A stretch of DNA of 64,000 bases from a virus. Of this stretch, positions 9,209-20,700 are shown one piece after another. Location: positions 1 to 64,000 of IMG/VR virus record IMGVR_UViG_3300010389_000003. One strand, written 5' to 3'. How positions within the stretch are numbered: the first letter of the stretch is position 1; each line of letters opens with the position of its first letter. Both the position numbers and the translations under genes were made by a program. The notes under the pieces were generated by a model. The model saw only the letters and a list, made by a program, of their open reading frames with translations, searched no databases and was not told the origin of the DNA.

Positions 9209-10137
9209 TGACCATAGACGACTACAATAGTAGAGCCGAAAGAACACGCAGCTCCAGCAGTCCCGGTCCTCTGCCCGTTATCAGTAGGTCGGGCGACGGT
9301 CGACTTCCTGTTGAAGAATGGGACAACACATGGTCCGGCATCACGCCATCTGACAGAGGCGTCTTTGAGTACTATGATTACTTCTTTACGGGGGAAGATG
9401 TTAAAGTATTCGTAGAGGGCGTTGAACCCCCGGATTCCGATGCTAACATCCCAATCATAGAGTTTGCATTCAAGATCACTCAACAGAAATCACCATTGTA
9501 TGGCTTTTGGAGCTACACCTATGACGCAATGCTGAGGGGAACTCGTATTGTTAACGGTGTCATGCGCATTGCAACTCAAAATACTGGATATATGACACGT
9601 CTGTTGACAAAAGCAGCTGAAGCGCGGTCTTCGGGTAAATGGGATTACGTGATTCGAGGTCTAGATTCAGATGAAGAGAATATCAAAAGATACTGGGATA
9701 ACAACATCGAGCCCGATAAAGTTCAAAACCAAAACATATTCTCTGTTCACCCTCCCTTCAATTTTGTGGTAATATATGGTATAGATTCATTAAGCGCATG
9801 TTTAGCACCCAGCCCAAAGATCAATCAGTATGTCGTAGACAAGTATGCTTCGGGGTTTGGTACAACAACTAGTGATATGAATCATAAAATCATAGAAATG
9901 GATCAAGAACACAATACGATGAGGCGAGTAATCGAAGGGGTAGAAATCACAGACATGCAGGTGGAGTATTCACCAAACGGTCAGGTTTGCGCAGAACTAT
10001 ATTCGTTCTTGGCAAAGGATACCTACTCACCTAAGGCGCGTAAGACCAACAAGGTCAATTACGGAAACGTAGATATCCCAAGTGCTGGTGGTTATCAAAT
10101 CGGAACCGCTGCAGTAGAATCCAATCCAGAAGGTTAG
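9208..10137 (+). CDS. Tail tube paralog 3 (tube-initiator-like)
   Basis: FFTGEDVKV...QQKSPLYG...RGTRIVNG...PPFNFVV...IEGVEIT...YSFLAKD, a diverged version of the same pattern. Confidence 0.7.
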   Translation: MTIDDYNSRAERTRSSSSPGPLPVISRSGDGRLPVEEWDNTWSGITPSDRGVFEYYDYFFTGEDVKVFVEGVEPPDSDANIPIIEFAFKITQQKSPLYGFWSYTYDAMLRGTRIVNGVMRIATQNTGYMTRLLTKAAEARSSGKWDYVIRGLDSDEENIKRYWDNNIEPDKVQNQNIFSVHPPFNFVVIYGIDSLSACLAPSPKINQYVVDKYASGFGTTTSDMNHKIIEMDQEHNTMRRVIEGVEITDMQVEYSPNGQVCAELYSFLAKDTYSPKARKTNKVNYGNVDIPSAGGYQIGTAAVESNPEG

Positions 10138-10147
10138 GAGTTAGAAT

Positions 10148-10651
10148 ATGAAGGTAAGTATGGCAGAAGATATGATAGATGATGATGACATCATTGACGA
10201 TGAAGAAATTCAAGATGAACTAGGAGAATTGGAAGATGAAGAATCACTTGAGCAATTTGAAGACGAAGGTACTCCAGTCGAAGATTTGGAGCCTACTGAC
10301 GAGATTTGGCCAGGCGGTCCGACAGCTGCGCAGATTATAGCCTGGAAAGAACAGTTTGGTGACGTGTTCGTTTCCTCGTTCACGCCGGAGCATCATGTTG
10401 TTTGGCGTACGATGAATCGACTAGAATACCGTACACATGTTTCCAACATGGAGCAGATGACGAACTCGGGAACAGTATCTCCAGCAGAGGCTGGTTTGAT
10501 CAACGAGGAAGCCATGTGTGAGATCTGCATCCTTTATCCACCGTTCAACAGTGCCTCACTTCCGGCGGAGCTTGCTGGTATGCCCTCAGCGCTCTCACAA
10601 GACATTGTGGAGGCATCCGGGTTCGTGGCCCTAGAGGTGCGCAAGTTGTAA
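10148..10651 (+). CDS. Tail assembly chaperone-like protein 1 (acidic N-terminus)
   Basis: WKEQFGDVF...VWRTMNRLEY...CILYP...AGMPSALSQDIVEASGF; lies between the tube and tape-measure-like genes. Confidence 0.65.
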   Translation: MKVSMAEDMIDDDDIIDDEEIQDELGELEDEESLEQFEDEGTPVEDLEPTDEIWPGGPTAAQIIAWKEQFGDVFVSSFTPEHHVVWRTMNRLEYRTHVSNMEQMTNSGTVSPAEAGLINEEAMCEICILYPPFNSASLPAELAGMPSALSQDIVEASGFVALEVRKL

Positions 10652-11256
10652 TGAAGGAACTCACACCAGAGCTTATAATCGAACTGAAGAAAGAGCATGG
10701 TGAGATTTTTCAAATAGACTTTAAAGATCAGCCGATCATTTTTAGAGCACTGACATTTAAAGAGTTCGAAGATCTGGCTATCGAAGAGGGCTATACGAAC
10801 TCAACCGAAAGTGAAGACAGTATAGTCAGGACTGCCCTCCTTTATCCTTCATTGGATGATTTGGACAAACTCGGCGCAGGTCTGATATCTGTATTGGCCG
10901 AAGAAGTGTTGGATGAATCAGCATTTCTTGATACCGAGAAAGCGCGCTCCCTCCTACAGGGGCATAGGGAGATGATGACGGAGGCTAAAGCTTTGGCTGC
11001 GATCTTCATCATTTCCGCAATGCCTGCGTATAAGATAGAAGATCTGGACAATAAGACTTTCAGTGAATTACTATACATGGTGGCAGTAGCTGAAGAAATA
11101 CTAGGTATGCGTTTCCAGTCCGAAAGGGCCGTCTTCATGGAAGAAGGCGGCTCTCCCCTTATGATCCTGGGTATAGAAGAAGACGAAGAGGAGGGAAAAC
11201 AAGGGGGGCAATCAATGGATCCAATAGCGCAGAAGCTTCATCAATCTTTTCAGTAG
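10651..11256 (+). CDS. Tail assembly chaperone-like protein 2
   Basis: LKKEHGEIF...IFRALTFKEF...ALLYP...AGLISVLAEEVLDESAF, a paralog of the previous gene with a C-terminal extension. Confidence 0.65.
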   Translation: MKELTPELIIELKKEHGEIFQIDFKDQPIIFRALTFKEFEDLAIEEGYTNSTESEDSIVRTALLYPSLDDLDKLGAGLISVLAEEVLDESAFLDTEKARSLLQGHREMMTEAKALAAIFIISAMPAYKIEDLDNKTFSELLYMVAVAEEILGMRFQSERAVFMEEGGSPLMILGIEEDEEEGKQGGQSMDPIAQKLHQSFQ

Positions 11257-11263
11257 GTAAATA

Positions 11264-14200
11264 ATGGTAGTCAGAAGTGAGGGCCCCCTATATAATATAG
11301 GTTTCGGCCATTATCAAAGACCTCAGACTGATAGGTTCCAAGAAGAAAGCGTCATTGGCCCCAATCAAGAGTCAGGCTTAGTAGCCAAGGCAATGCATGG
11401 CAATCCGGTCATGAGTTTCTTGGCCGCTTCTGCAGCGACTCTCGTCGGCATGGGCGTTGCCGGTAAACTGGTCAAGCAGGGCGGCATAAAGATCGGCATT
11501 GCCGCATCTAATTCCAGCAAGCCTAGAGTGAGAGAGCTGGTCAAGACATTCAGGGATATCCAAGGTACCCTTGACGATATGGAAGGCGTCAGCAGGATTT
11601 TTGCCGACCCTGACGACCCCATGAAGCTTTTTGCCCGAGAGGCCGATGGTTCATACAGGGGCGATACAACTAAGATAGTCAGGGGCTTCCATATCACCCA
11701 GGGCGAACGTGAAGCAGCTCGTGCTGCTGGTGAGAATAAACTCCCTATAGAATGGGGCATAAAAGACGAGATCCAACAGAGGCTAGTGTCACAGGCCAGG
11801 CGCCTGCCTTATGAACTCCCCGCTGCGTACCTTACTCAGCGTGCTGTTGTAGATCCACTTTTTGGCGGCGAAAAAGAGAATGATGTCAATTGGGCTAACC
11901 CAGTAGATGTCATTACAGACTTTGTAGACCAGAGCGTTAAGAACTTGATGTTTATGATCGGCCCATTCGAGGCTGGTCAAGGCGCTGCGGCACATTCATT
12001 CCGTCGTCTTATGACGTACGGCGATGGCATGACAGCCTTCGACCCAAGAACAATGCGCAATGCCAAGACAGCGGTAACGCTGCAGGCATCGATGCAACAG
12101 GTAGGTCATGACGCGTCCAAGTTGATGGACAAAGCGCTCAAGTTCTCTTCACAATTAACCGGCGCATTCGCAACCGGCGTTGAAGAGGCTGCCCGAAAGC
12201 GGGTTGGAGTTGTAGACTTACTGCACCAGATGCGTAATGGTGACTACAAAGCTGCCTTGCGTCAACAAGAGGGTTTGGCTAAGAAGGCTCTTTTTGTTGG
12301 CGACAACATACCCGGAACCCTTGGCGGTATGGTCACCGGTGCGCGTAGAGGCCGAGAGAGGTTCAACGAAATAGGCCAGGGGCACGAAGCCTTCAAGAAG
12401 ATGATGAGGCTGGGTCGAAGGAAATTCGAGGCCACAGCCAGTGAAGCCGAAGTTCGCTCTATCGGCCACACAATGGGTGGGTCCTTTTCTCCCGTAACCT
12501 CATTGGCAGAAGACATCAGGAATATGGGCAGAGGATCCCCAGGTGTCACAGGGAAGGGGTTCACTGGTGATTGGAGTAAGTCAGGCTTCTATAATGATCG
12601 TATTCAGGATGAATATAACAAAAGACTGAAGGATAATCTTCAGAGAAGACTTGAAAATACGATGGAAGACAAGGCGAAGGCCAAGAAATTGGTTGATGAC
12701 TTCGCCGATAGGCACTCTGTCGATATGGCAAGAGCCGAAGATACAAACATCGGCAGACGTCTGCGTATCGGCTTGCAAAGCCCTCCGATAAGTGCCGACT
12801 CCCGAGAGGGTTACGTTTCGCAGTTTGTTGCTAAAACAGGCTTATTCAATAAGGGACAACAAGAGCAGTTATCTAGACACCTTCTTGGTGCGATTGATGA
12901 AACCGATAATATCTTCAGGCCAAAAATCAACAATAAGCAGAACCCCCTCAGGGATAATATAGATAGAGACATCCAGAGACAGTGGCTGCAAGCTTATAAA
13001 AATGACATTCCTGAAATGTCTGCGCATATGTTCGGTAAACGTATGCCCGGATATAACTCGTTTGACATGCGAGTCGGTGGGGCAGACCATGCTTATCTCG
13101 TTGACAAGGCAGCTAAGGTCGCCGGACTTGATGTCAAAGCGGGGGCATCTAAGGAAACCCAGGAAGCCTTCCTCAGGAAGATGGGGCTCAACGCAGATAG
13201 TCCTGAGGTTTTGCGAGGGTTCCTTGTTGGTGAGAAGCAGATTGCCAAGCCTTGGCAGAAAGATGGTTACAACGCATTCGGACTTCGTCAGATCACCAGC
13301 CAGCAGTTCCTTGAGCGTGGTTTGCACGGTGAAGATGATGAGTTAGGGAGGATTATCGGTCACCTCTCAAAGAGTGGCGACGAAAGAATCCAAACAACCA
13401 TGCCTGGTATATACGAAACCAGGGGTGGACACATCCTCAATATCAACAAGGCCAGAAGGTCAGGTAGACGTGCGCTTGACGTACTTGCCAACGAATATAA
13501 GATCCCGATCGTAAACTTCAACCCTCTAGGGCTAGCAAACTACGGTCGTAACCAGGCGATGACTGAAACTTCAGTCCTTTCTTACATCTCTGGCAGCAGT
13601 CGTCAGCCATTTGTTGGTGACTCTGAAGGTGTGGATTTCTACATGATGCTAAGGCGTCATGGTAGAAAGAGCAAGGGCGAAGTAAGGGCATTCTCTAAAA
13701 TGGATCCCGGCAAACCACTTGGCGTATTCCAGCCCACTGCGGCTGGTTCTGTTGGCCTTGCTGGTAGGCAGGCCAGAATCGCTAGCGGAGACCTTGGCAC
13801 CGCTCCACTTAGTGAGGCCCCGTTAGAGGGGACACCCGCACAAAAGGGTAGGCTCAAATCTTTCTTCCTCAGAAACAACGCTGATTACCAGCAGGGCTCT
13901 ATAAAGAGTGTTGGCAATCGTTTCATGGGACGCAATCGTGATGTTAGAAATCCAGTCACGATGGGACGCCTGCTCAGGGGCGAAAAGGTTTCTGATGCCA
14001 GGGGGACCTATCGTCTTGTAGATGGAGAACTGATCAACCTAGATAATGGTAAAGCCGTCGCGTCAAAAGAAGAAGTCACTGATGCCCTGGATGTATTCCA
14101 TAGGTTTGTCAACAAGAACGTTTTCCCCAAATCTCTACATGAGAAAGCGTCAGCAATACCTAGCGCACAAGAAGCGCTAACGAAAGTACGCAATGCGCTT

Positions 14201-17200
14201 TCTTATAGCCCAAAGAGGTCCGGGCAGAAAATCGCCAATAAAAAAGCAGCAATGCTCGCTGGTGAAGACGGCGTCATATCCGTTGGTGACCTAAAGACCG
14301 TAGAGGAGAAAGTATCCTTTGGCAGGGTATTACAAGAGGAGGGTACCGATGAGGTCCAGACACTCTTCAAACAAGGTAGAGCAGAAGAAGCCCGTCGCCT
14401 AAGGCAAGCTCGAGAAACCTTAATTGATAGGCACCTTAAAGATTCATCTGGTCCCGGCTATTGGGATAAGCCGGTTGGAGACAGTAAACAAGGCGCAGGG
14501 TTATCTCGTAGGATCGATGAGTTTACCTCAGACATGCAACAGTACATCCTTATGCGGCAGGGTATATCTGGGCAGAATCAGTTTGCCTCGGTTGTTGCAG
14601 ATCTGGGAACACAGCTGGATGAACTTAGTAGGTCAGGAGTTCTGACCTCAAGCGAGACGGCAGAAGCTTACGCTGCCCTTTTGAGCACGCAGATTCACTA
14701 CGCCAAACTTAAGACCTTCAAGGGATCGAACGATGTCGTAGAGACCGCCGTAAAGGTAATCTCTGGAATACAGGGCGATACTGCAAGGCCTATGCAAAGG
14801 GCCCTTGAGGACGTTGCATCCGGATTGACCGGGGCCACTGGTAGAAACAGCCAAATACTAAACCGTGGCCATCAGATGGCTAGAAGGTATTTAAGCCTCG
14901 CTGACGATTCCTATGAGGGCTTCTCCTATAGTCCATTCGGTAATACAGATATCGTATTGACTCCTAGCCTTGGTCAAGCCTTTAAGCAGGCGGGCGCCAA
15001 GCGAGCCACCAAGAGCGCCCTGGGCGTATCAACATACAGGGATCCTGAAGCCTTCAGTCCCGTTTCCGCATTCAGTTCCCACTTGGTTGACAGGCTAAAC
15101 CGTTACGCCAACGTTTTCGGTGCAGGCCTTGATCCTACCAAGTTCACTGGTCCGATTGACATGTTTGCCAGGGGCATGGTCGGACAAAGGGCCATGCCGC
15201 TTTATGCTGCGGGCGTTACAGGTTTGGCTGCGGATTCCACTCTCGGGGGCCTACTTAACGACAGGGACGAGCAGGGTGATAGAGTCTATGCGCCTTATGT
15301 CCTTGGAAAGGTTGCCACGCCATTTGCCTATGCCCAGGCTGGCATAGCGGGGTTGGTGCCAGGTGGCCAGAATTATGAGCAGGCACGAGCAGACATCTTT
15401 GAAGGTGAAGTGCCAGTTCGGCGCAACCGCTATTGGCCGTTAAATAGAACTCCGTTCAGGGGAGATAGCGTAGAGTACTATCGTCCCAGCTGGTATCGCA
15501 GAATGCAAGCGGGATCAGCATATACCGAATCCGGTTGGGATAACCCAGTAGAAAGAATGCTGTTTGGGCACGACTTCTCTCCATTGCGCCCCTTCGATCC
15601 CTATAGGTTCGAAAAGAAACATGAGCAGGATAGGCCTTATCCTTTGACTGGTGATTATTTCACCGGACCATATGGCCCCGTTACCTCGATCTTGAATGCT
15701 ACTGTTGGCAAGGTTTTGAAGCCGCAAAAAGAAATGCATGAAACCGATACAACAATAGCGCTGAGCATGGGGTATGCACCCGTTGGCGAATCTGGCGCTT
15801 ACTCAACCATTCCTTACGGTATGGCCGGTGGCAGCCTTGGTGCTCAAGGGTCATATAGCGTGCTCAATAGCTTGGGTGGCACCACTGGTGGTGACCTGGC
15901 TGGCGCTAGTATGTCAAGGTACAATAACAATGTACAGACGCCACAGTGGACAGCTCAAGGAATCGTCAGGGACTCTTTGAACACTGCTAACTTCATGTTG
16001 GTCGCTGCCGCAATGGACGGCAATACAATGGGTCCAAATAGCGCAGCTGGAGCATATGGAATACCCAACATGCCCGGTATTATGCCGCCGACAGTCATCC
16101 CCAACTTGACCCCCGTAATGGAGGGTGGATTCCAGATGCACACGCGGGGTGCAGCTTACAGGACTCAGGAGGCCTTGGGTATTTATGGCTTCGGCTTCGG
16201 TGCGGCCAGGACTGCGCTTGGTTTCGGTGATCAGGACTTCACATCCACGGCTCCAGTACTCCAGAATGCAAGTGGAGCTTATAGTCCGACAAGAGCATTC
16301 TGGGACCTTAACATCGGTGGTATCGGTGATGCCCCCTCAGAAACACTGAACCTTAACGTCTCAGAGGTCGTTCGTCGTTTCGTGCCCAAAACGCCATCCG
16401 GCACCAACTTCATTAACCCCATTTCTAATACCATGGGCGTAGAGAACCCATGGCTGCCCGGTGCCAATTACTTCACCGACTTCACCAGAGGCGATCCTTT
16501 CACTAAGATAAAAGAGGGCGAAATAAGACTGCCTGGTCAAGCCTATGAGAGGCTCAATAGGCTCAGCTCCGATGCCTCAGGTAAGTATGGGTTGGTTGAT
16601 CAGCATAAGATACTTGCAAACGTTGCCCCATATTCTCAAGAATTCAAATCACTTGATGCGATGATAGACAGCACCGACCTGTCTCCTTCAGACATGCTCA
16701 AGCTTGAAACAACTCGGATGCAAGTGAAAAGAACAACCCGTAAGAACGAGTTCCACGAATACAGCTACGATCCAAATCAAACAATGAGTGAGAGTCTCAT
16801 AGAGCGCGCCCTGCATATGGATAACATGGTGACGCGCAAGCTTGGTAGACACTCTTCGGCGGTGGAGGATTGGGAAAGGGACAACGTATACGGACCTACG
16901 TTCCAGCAATGGCAGACCCCGGTGGAGAGTTTCCTCAAGCCAATGATTCATGATGCCACCCAAGACAATCCGATCCACGCGGCTGGTCGTGTAGGATTCG
17001 CCATGAGCTTCTTTGGTAGGACACCCACTGCCCGACTTACCGCTTCTGCCGTTGGTGGTCTCAGCGGTGGTCTAGCGGGCTTGTATGGAAATGCTTACGA
17101 AAAGATTACCGGAGACCGTTTCCTGCCGAAAGCAAGAAAAGAGCAAGCAGCACTTGAAGAATACACAGATGTTCTAACCTATATAAAGAATAAGAATTTA

Positions 17201-17788
17201 GAGTCCCAAGCAGCGGCAGCAGGCGACGCTCAAATGGCTAGCGCCGCTGCCCGAGCATCTAAGAGAACAATGTACGGTGTAGATTTGGCAAATGCCAGAT
17301 TGCAAGACATAATGGCTGCAATTCCAAAGCGTAAGCGTGAACATTTCGAATCATTCTTGAGCGCGCCAGAACAAGAAAGGGAGCGGATACTTTCAACTGC
17401 GCCACGACTCGAAAGGCGCATACTTCAGGCAGCCTGGGGGATGAAGGTAGAGAACCTGCCTTCGTTAGAAAACATATTTGCCAATAGGGAGTTGCCAGGC
17501 CCAAACTGGGAGGGCTGGGATGCCAACACCAACATGGAACAGGTGAAAATTAAAATGGGTAACCATATGGGGCTGGATATGTCCCAAATGGGTTACTATC
17601 CACAGCAGGTGCAGCAAGCAAACCTGGTAAACCCATCGTTCCCCATGTTTGGGTTCCAGGACGATCCACGCAATGTCCGCACCAAGTTGGAAGCCCTCAT
17701 GGATGATATGGGAATCCAAGGGTCAGTAATAGAATCTCCAAATCCATTCTCAGGGTTTAGCCTTAATCTCAGTCAGGTGTTGTTCTAA
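11264..17788 (+). CDS. Tape-measure-like / ejected giant protein (2174 aa)
   Basis: Position right after the chaperones; Ala/Gly/Arg-rich helical composition; several hydrophobic Gly/Ala segments. Confidence 0.6.
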   Translation: MVVRSEGPLYNIGFGHYQRPQTDRFQEESVIGPNQESGLVAKAMHGNPVMSFLAASAATLVGMGVAGKLVKQGGIKIGIAASNSSKPRVRELVKTFRDIQGTLDDMEGVSRIFADPDDPMKLFAREADGSYRGDTTKIVRGFHITQGEREAARAAGENKLPIEWGIKDEIQQRLVSQARRLPYELPAAYLTQRAVVDPLFGGEKENDVNWANPVDVITDFVDQSVKNLMFMIGPFEAGQGAAAHSFRRLMTYGDGMTAFDPRTMRNAKTAVTLQASMQQVGHDASKLMDKALKFSSQLTGAFATGVEEAARKRVGVVDLLHQMRNGDYKAALRQQEGLAKKALFVGDNIPGTLGGMVTGARRGRERFNEIGQGHEAFKKMMRLGRRKFEATASEAEVRSIGHTMGGSFSPVTSLAEDIRNMGRGSPGVTGKGFTGDWSKSGFYNDRIQDEYNKRLKDNLQRRLENTMEDKAKAKKLVDDFADRHSVDMARAEDTNIGRRLRIGLQSPPISADSREGYVSQFVAKTGLFNKGQQEQLSRHLLGAIDETDNIFRPKINNKQNPLRDNIDRDIQRQWLQAYKNDIPEMSAHMFGKRMPGYNSFDMRVGGADHAYLVDKAAKVAGLDVKAGASKETQEAFLRKMGLNADSPEVLRGFLVGEKQIAKPWQKDGYNAFGLRQITSQQFLERGLHGEDDELGRIIGHLSKSGDERIQTTMPGIYETRGGHILNINKARRSGRRALDVLANEYKIPIVNFNPLGLANYGRNQAMTETSVLSYISGSSRQPFVGDSEGVDFYMMLRRHGRKSKGEVRAFSKMDPGKPLGVFQPTAAGSVGLAGRQARIASGDLGTAPLSEAPLEGTPAQKGRLKSFFLRNNADYQQGSIKSVGNRFMGRNRDVRNPVTMGRLLRGEKVSDARGTYRLVDGELINLDNGKAVASKEEVTDALDVFHRFVNKNVFPKSLHEKASAIPSAQEALTKVRNALSYSPKRSGQKIANKKAAMLAGEDGVISVGDLKTVEEKVSFGRVLQEEGTDEVQTLFKQGRAEEARRLRQARETLIDRHLKDSSGPGYWDKPVGDSKQGAGLSRRIDEFTSDMQQYILMRQGISGQNQFASVVADLGTQLDELSRSGVLTSSETAEAYAALLSTQIHYAKLKTFKGSNDVVETAVKVISGIQGDTARPMQRALEDVASGLTGATGRNSQILNRGHQMARRYLSLADDSYEGFSYSPFGNTDIVLTPSLGQAFKQAGAKRATKSALGVSTYRDPEAFSPVSAFSSHLVDRLNRYANVFGAGLDPTKFTGPIDMFARGMVGQRAMPLYAAGVTGLAADSTLGGLLNDRDEQGDRVYAPYVLGKVATPFAYAQAGIAGLVPGGQNYEQARADIFEGEVPVRRNRYWPLNRTPFRGDSVEYYRPSWYRRMQAGSAYTESGWDNPVERMLFGHDFSPLRPFDPYRFEKKHEQDRPYPLTGDYFTGPYGPVTSILNATVGKVLKPQKEMHETDTTIALSMGYAPVGESGAYSTIPYGMAGGSLGAQGSYSVLNSLGGTTGGDLAGASMSRYNNNVQTPQWTAQGIVRDSLNTANFMLVAAAMDGNTMGPNSAAGAYGIPNMPGIMPPTVIPNLTPVMEGGFQMHTRGAAYRTQEALGIYGFGFGAARTALGFGDQDFTSTAPVLQNASGAYSPTRAFWDLNIGGIGDAPSETLNLNVSEVVRRFVPKTPSGTNFINPISNTMGVENPWLPGANYFTDFTRGDPFTKIKEGEIRLPGQAYERLNRLSSDASGKYGLVDQHKILANVAPYSQEFKSLDAMIDSTDLSPSDMLKLETTRMQVKRTTRKNEFHEYSYDPNQTMSESLIERALHMDNMVTRKLGRHSSAVEDWERDNVYGPTFQQWQTPVESFLKPMIHDATQDNPIHAAGRVGFAMSFFGRTPTARLTASAVGGLSGGLAGLYGNAYEKITGDRFLPKARKEQAALEEYTDVLTYIKNKNLESQAAAAGDAQMASAAARASKRTMYGVDLANARLQDIMAAIPKRKREHFESFLSAPEQERERILSTAPRLERRILQAAWGMKVENLPSLENIFANRELPGPNWEGWDANTNMEQVKIKMGNHMGLDMSQMGYYPQQVQQANLVNPSFPMFGFQDDPRNVRTKLEALMDDMGIQGSVIESPNPFSGFSLNLSQVLF

Positions 17789-20700
17789 TGGGTATTCATG
17801 AAGAAAATATCAACTTCCTAAAAAGCCACCATTCTCTCTCGGTCATGCGAGATATCGGCTTTCTCAAAATGGACATCGAAGGTGATGAGGTTGTTTTTAC
17901 TTCGGCATTTGATGCGCCGGTAAGAGTCAGTCTGGATGATACAGCTGAGATTCGTAATACTTTGGCTTCCCTGCAAGCAAGAAGAGCTGGGCTTGGTTTC
18001 AACACCGGTTTCAACTTGGATCCAAGGAAGACTCCAAAAGTAAAGCTGGATAGAAACCTGCAATGGGTACAGGAAGCGCTTGGGCTTAAGGTTGGGGATA
18101 AGGTCTCACCCATGCCAGAAGAATATCTTAGGATACATGGAATCAGCCGAAATCAAAAACTTATGAATCTATATCGAGATGGATATCGCGTTCAGCAGCA
18201 GATTTTCTCACCAGATGATCATCATGTGGATGAAGTGATCGATCACCTGAAGAGCAAGTTGATTGATGAGAAAACTGGTATCATGCACGGCAATTTGTGG
18301 AAGACCCAAAGCGGAATAGCAGTGCAACAGGTATACGACCCGTCCGGCAAAGCTCTTTCAATTAATGAAATCTATGGTTTGTTTGGGACCGAATTCGGGG
18401 CCGGAAAACAAATGAGTTTTACAGAACTACTGGGAAAGGGTTCAAAGAGAGCTAGGGCATTGTTCCAGCAGAAGGCACTATCAGCTACGGCAAAAAGCGC
18501 AGACATCAATGTTGCTGTTTTCGATCCCACAGAGATGTTCGGTGACCTCGTAGAAAAGCTTACCAAAGAATACACAGCCTCAGGAACGTACGGAGACGAG
18601 GCAGCTGCGGCAGCTAAAAAGACAGTAAGCGGAATGTTTGATGGTTTCAATATAGTGACAGACATCAAGCTATTGACTGACACATTTCAGAAATCACAGA
18701 ATATTGAAATTGGATTACGAGTGAAAGACTCGCCCACATATAGAATCCAACAGTTGCAGGATCAAGCGAACAAAGCGCTTAGAGCACTGAAGCAAAGATC
18801 TGGTCGCGGCAACTTTAGGTTGACTGGCGGCAACATATTAGAGGTAAGCGGAGGCCTATCCAAGTCGAGCCAATGGTATCGTGAGAAAGTGGATAAAGGT
18901 GTGGTCAATGATTTCACACGTCTGGGTCAGATCAAGGGAGATATCAACCTAACTAAGACCCTTGATGAGCTTGATGAATTGATCGATGAGCATCCAGAGT
19001 TCGCTCGATTGATTGACTTCGTGAAGAACGCCAGAGAAAAGGGTGCCATGATGATCGTCCCAACCACTAACATTGGTACGGAAGCTGGAGCCCTTAACAC
19101 CGGAGAGGCCATCCTGTCCCTCAATCCATACGGGGATAGCGGAGTGGTAAGAACCAACCCCATCGCACTTGCTGCTCATCCCGAGTTTTTTGACATGGAT
19201 CAGATAACAAAGGAATCAAAAGAGAGGCTTTCTCGTACCTACGAAAAACTTGCAGCTGGCGAAATTACAGATGAATTAAGGGCTCATATAGAAAAAACGG
19301 CCGGTATGGTCATGGAAGATATAGATGAAACGTTGAGCACCCCGGCCGCAGTCAGAATGCAGAATGCAATCACTGAAGCTCGCTCCATTATGGTCGGGCT
19401 AGATCTGGGTATGGATATTCGTGCTGACCCAGGAATGATGTCTATGGTTAGGAGTGCAGCCCTCAACTATGAGGTGAGGCCTTCGGGCAAGCCGTCACTA
19501 GTTGTGCCCAATGCTCATCGCGCTCACTTTACATCCGAAGTTACGCTGACCTTTGATTCTGATTACAACCAACATAGGCGTCGGGGTGGGTCAATGTATC
19601 AGGACGTATGGGTTAAAAATGAGGAAACGGGCAAGGCAGGCAAAAACCGCATGCTGAAGAAGAACTATGTCACCTACAACAGGAGAACACACTCTTTCGT
19701 TCTTCCCGACATTGCCGACCCCGAAGACCTAAGCAGGGTGTTGGAGCTTTTCGGTGGCGCTGACTTCGACGATGCTATGGCCGGTATACTAAGGTACGAT
19801 AAGGAAAACAAAGTCATGCGCCTCCTCAGCTATCGTGACCCTACTGCTCGTGGTGAGAATGAAATTTTCAAGATGGGCATAGAAGATGCTCTCGTCAGGG
19901 ATCAGATCACCGCCGCTGCAGCGAAGGGCGCGGATCCCGAATTAACACGAATAGTGGAAGAAAGGCGTCAAGCCTTAGCTGCCATATCACGGCAACAAAA
20001 GGAAATAAAAAAGTTAAAGCAGCAAGAACAAATCATATGGGAAGATAAGCCGTGGCATCACAGATATCAAAGTCTCGTTGATTATCAAGGTGATGGCCAT
20101 GAAGAACTAAGAGCTGAAATGCAGGCAGCATACGATAGAATGGACGCCCTGAAAACAGAGTACAAAACTATTCAACAAGAGTTTACAGATCGCCTCCCCG
20201 AATTTGCAGAAAAGATATTTAGAGCATATGACCCCACAGAACGTCCCGCACAATACGTTGGCAAGGGGTCGGGGGCCCATAGATTAAAAATGGTGATGGG
20301 CGAACATGCGCCTGATGTTGTTGACTTGAAGCAGTTAGCGGACGATGTTCCCACAAGGCAGATCACAGACGCTGCGGAATATATTGAGACTGCGGTCAGA
20401 AGTCAAGCGGATAAAAGAATATTGGGTCAAGGCATTAACTACATGACAATGCTCGACTCGCTGTTCAACACCAAGTTTGATGACGAACTCATCGGCGGTG
20501 CTGGTATCAAGCCAGAGAGTATAGTGTCTTTCCTTCGAGAGTCACTCATTGACACGGTGCAGCAGGAGGGTGCTGGGGCCACTCAATTCATTGAAGAAAA
20601 TATGAAAGAGGGTGGCAGAAAGATTGCTCAACGTCTGGTTGAACTTGGGCCGGATACTGATGTGAAGCTGCCCTATTATCTAGTCTCAGACCAGGCAGAC

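Noticed and set aside
10600-10700. Programmed frameshift between tail chaperones
   Set aside because: No slippery heptamer seen; the second gene has its own ATG (TAATG) and is a full paralog.
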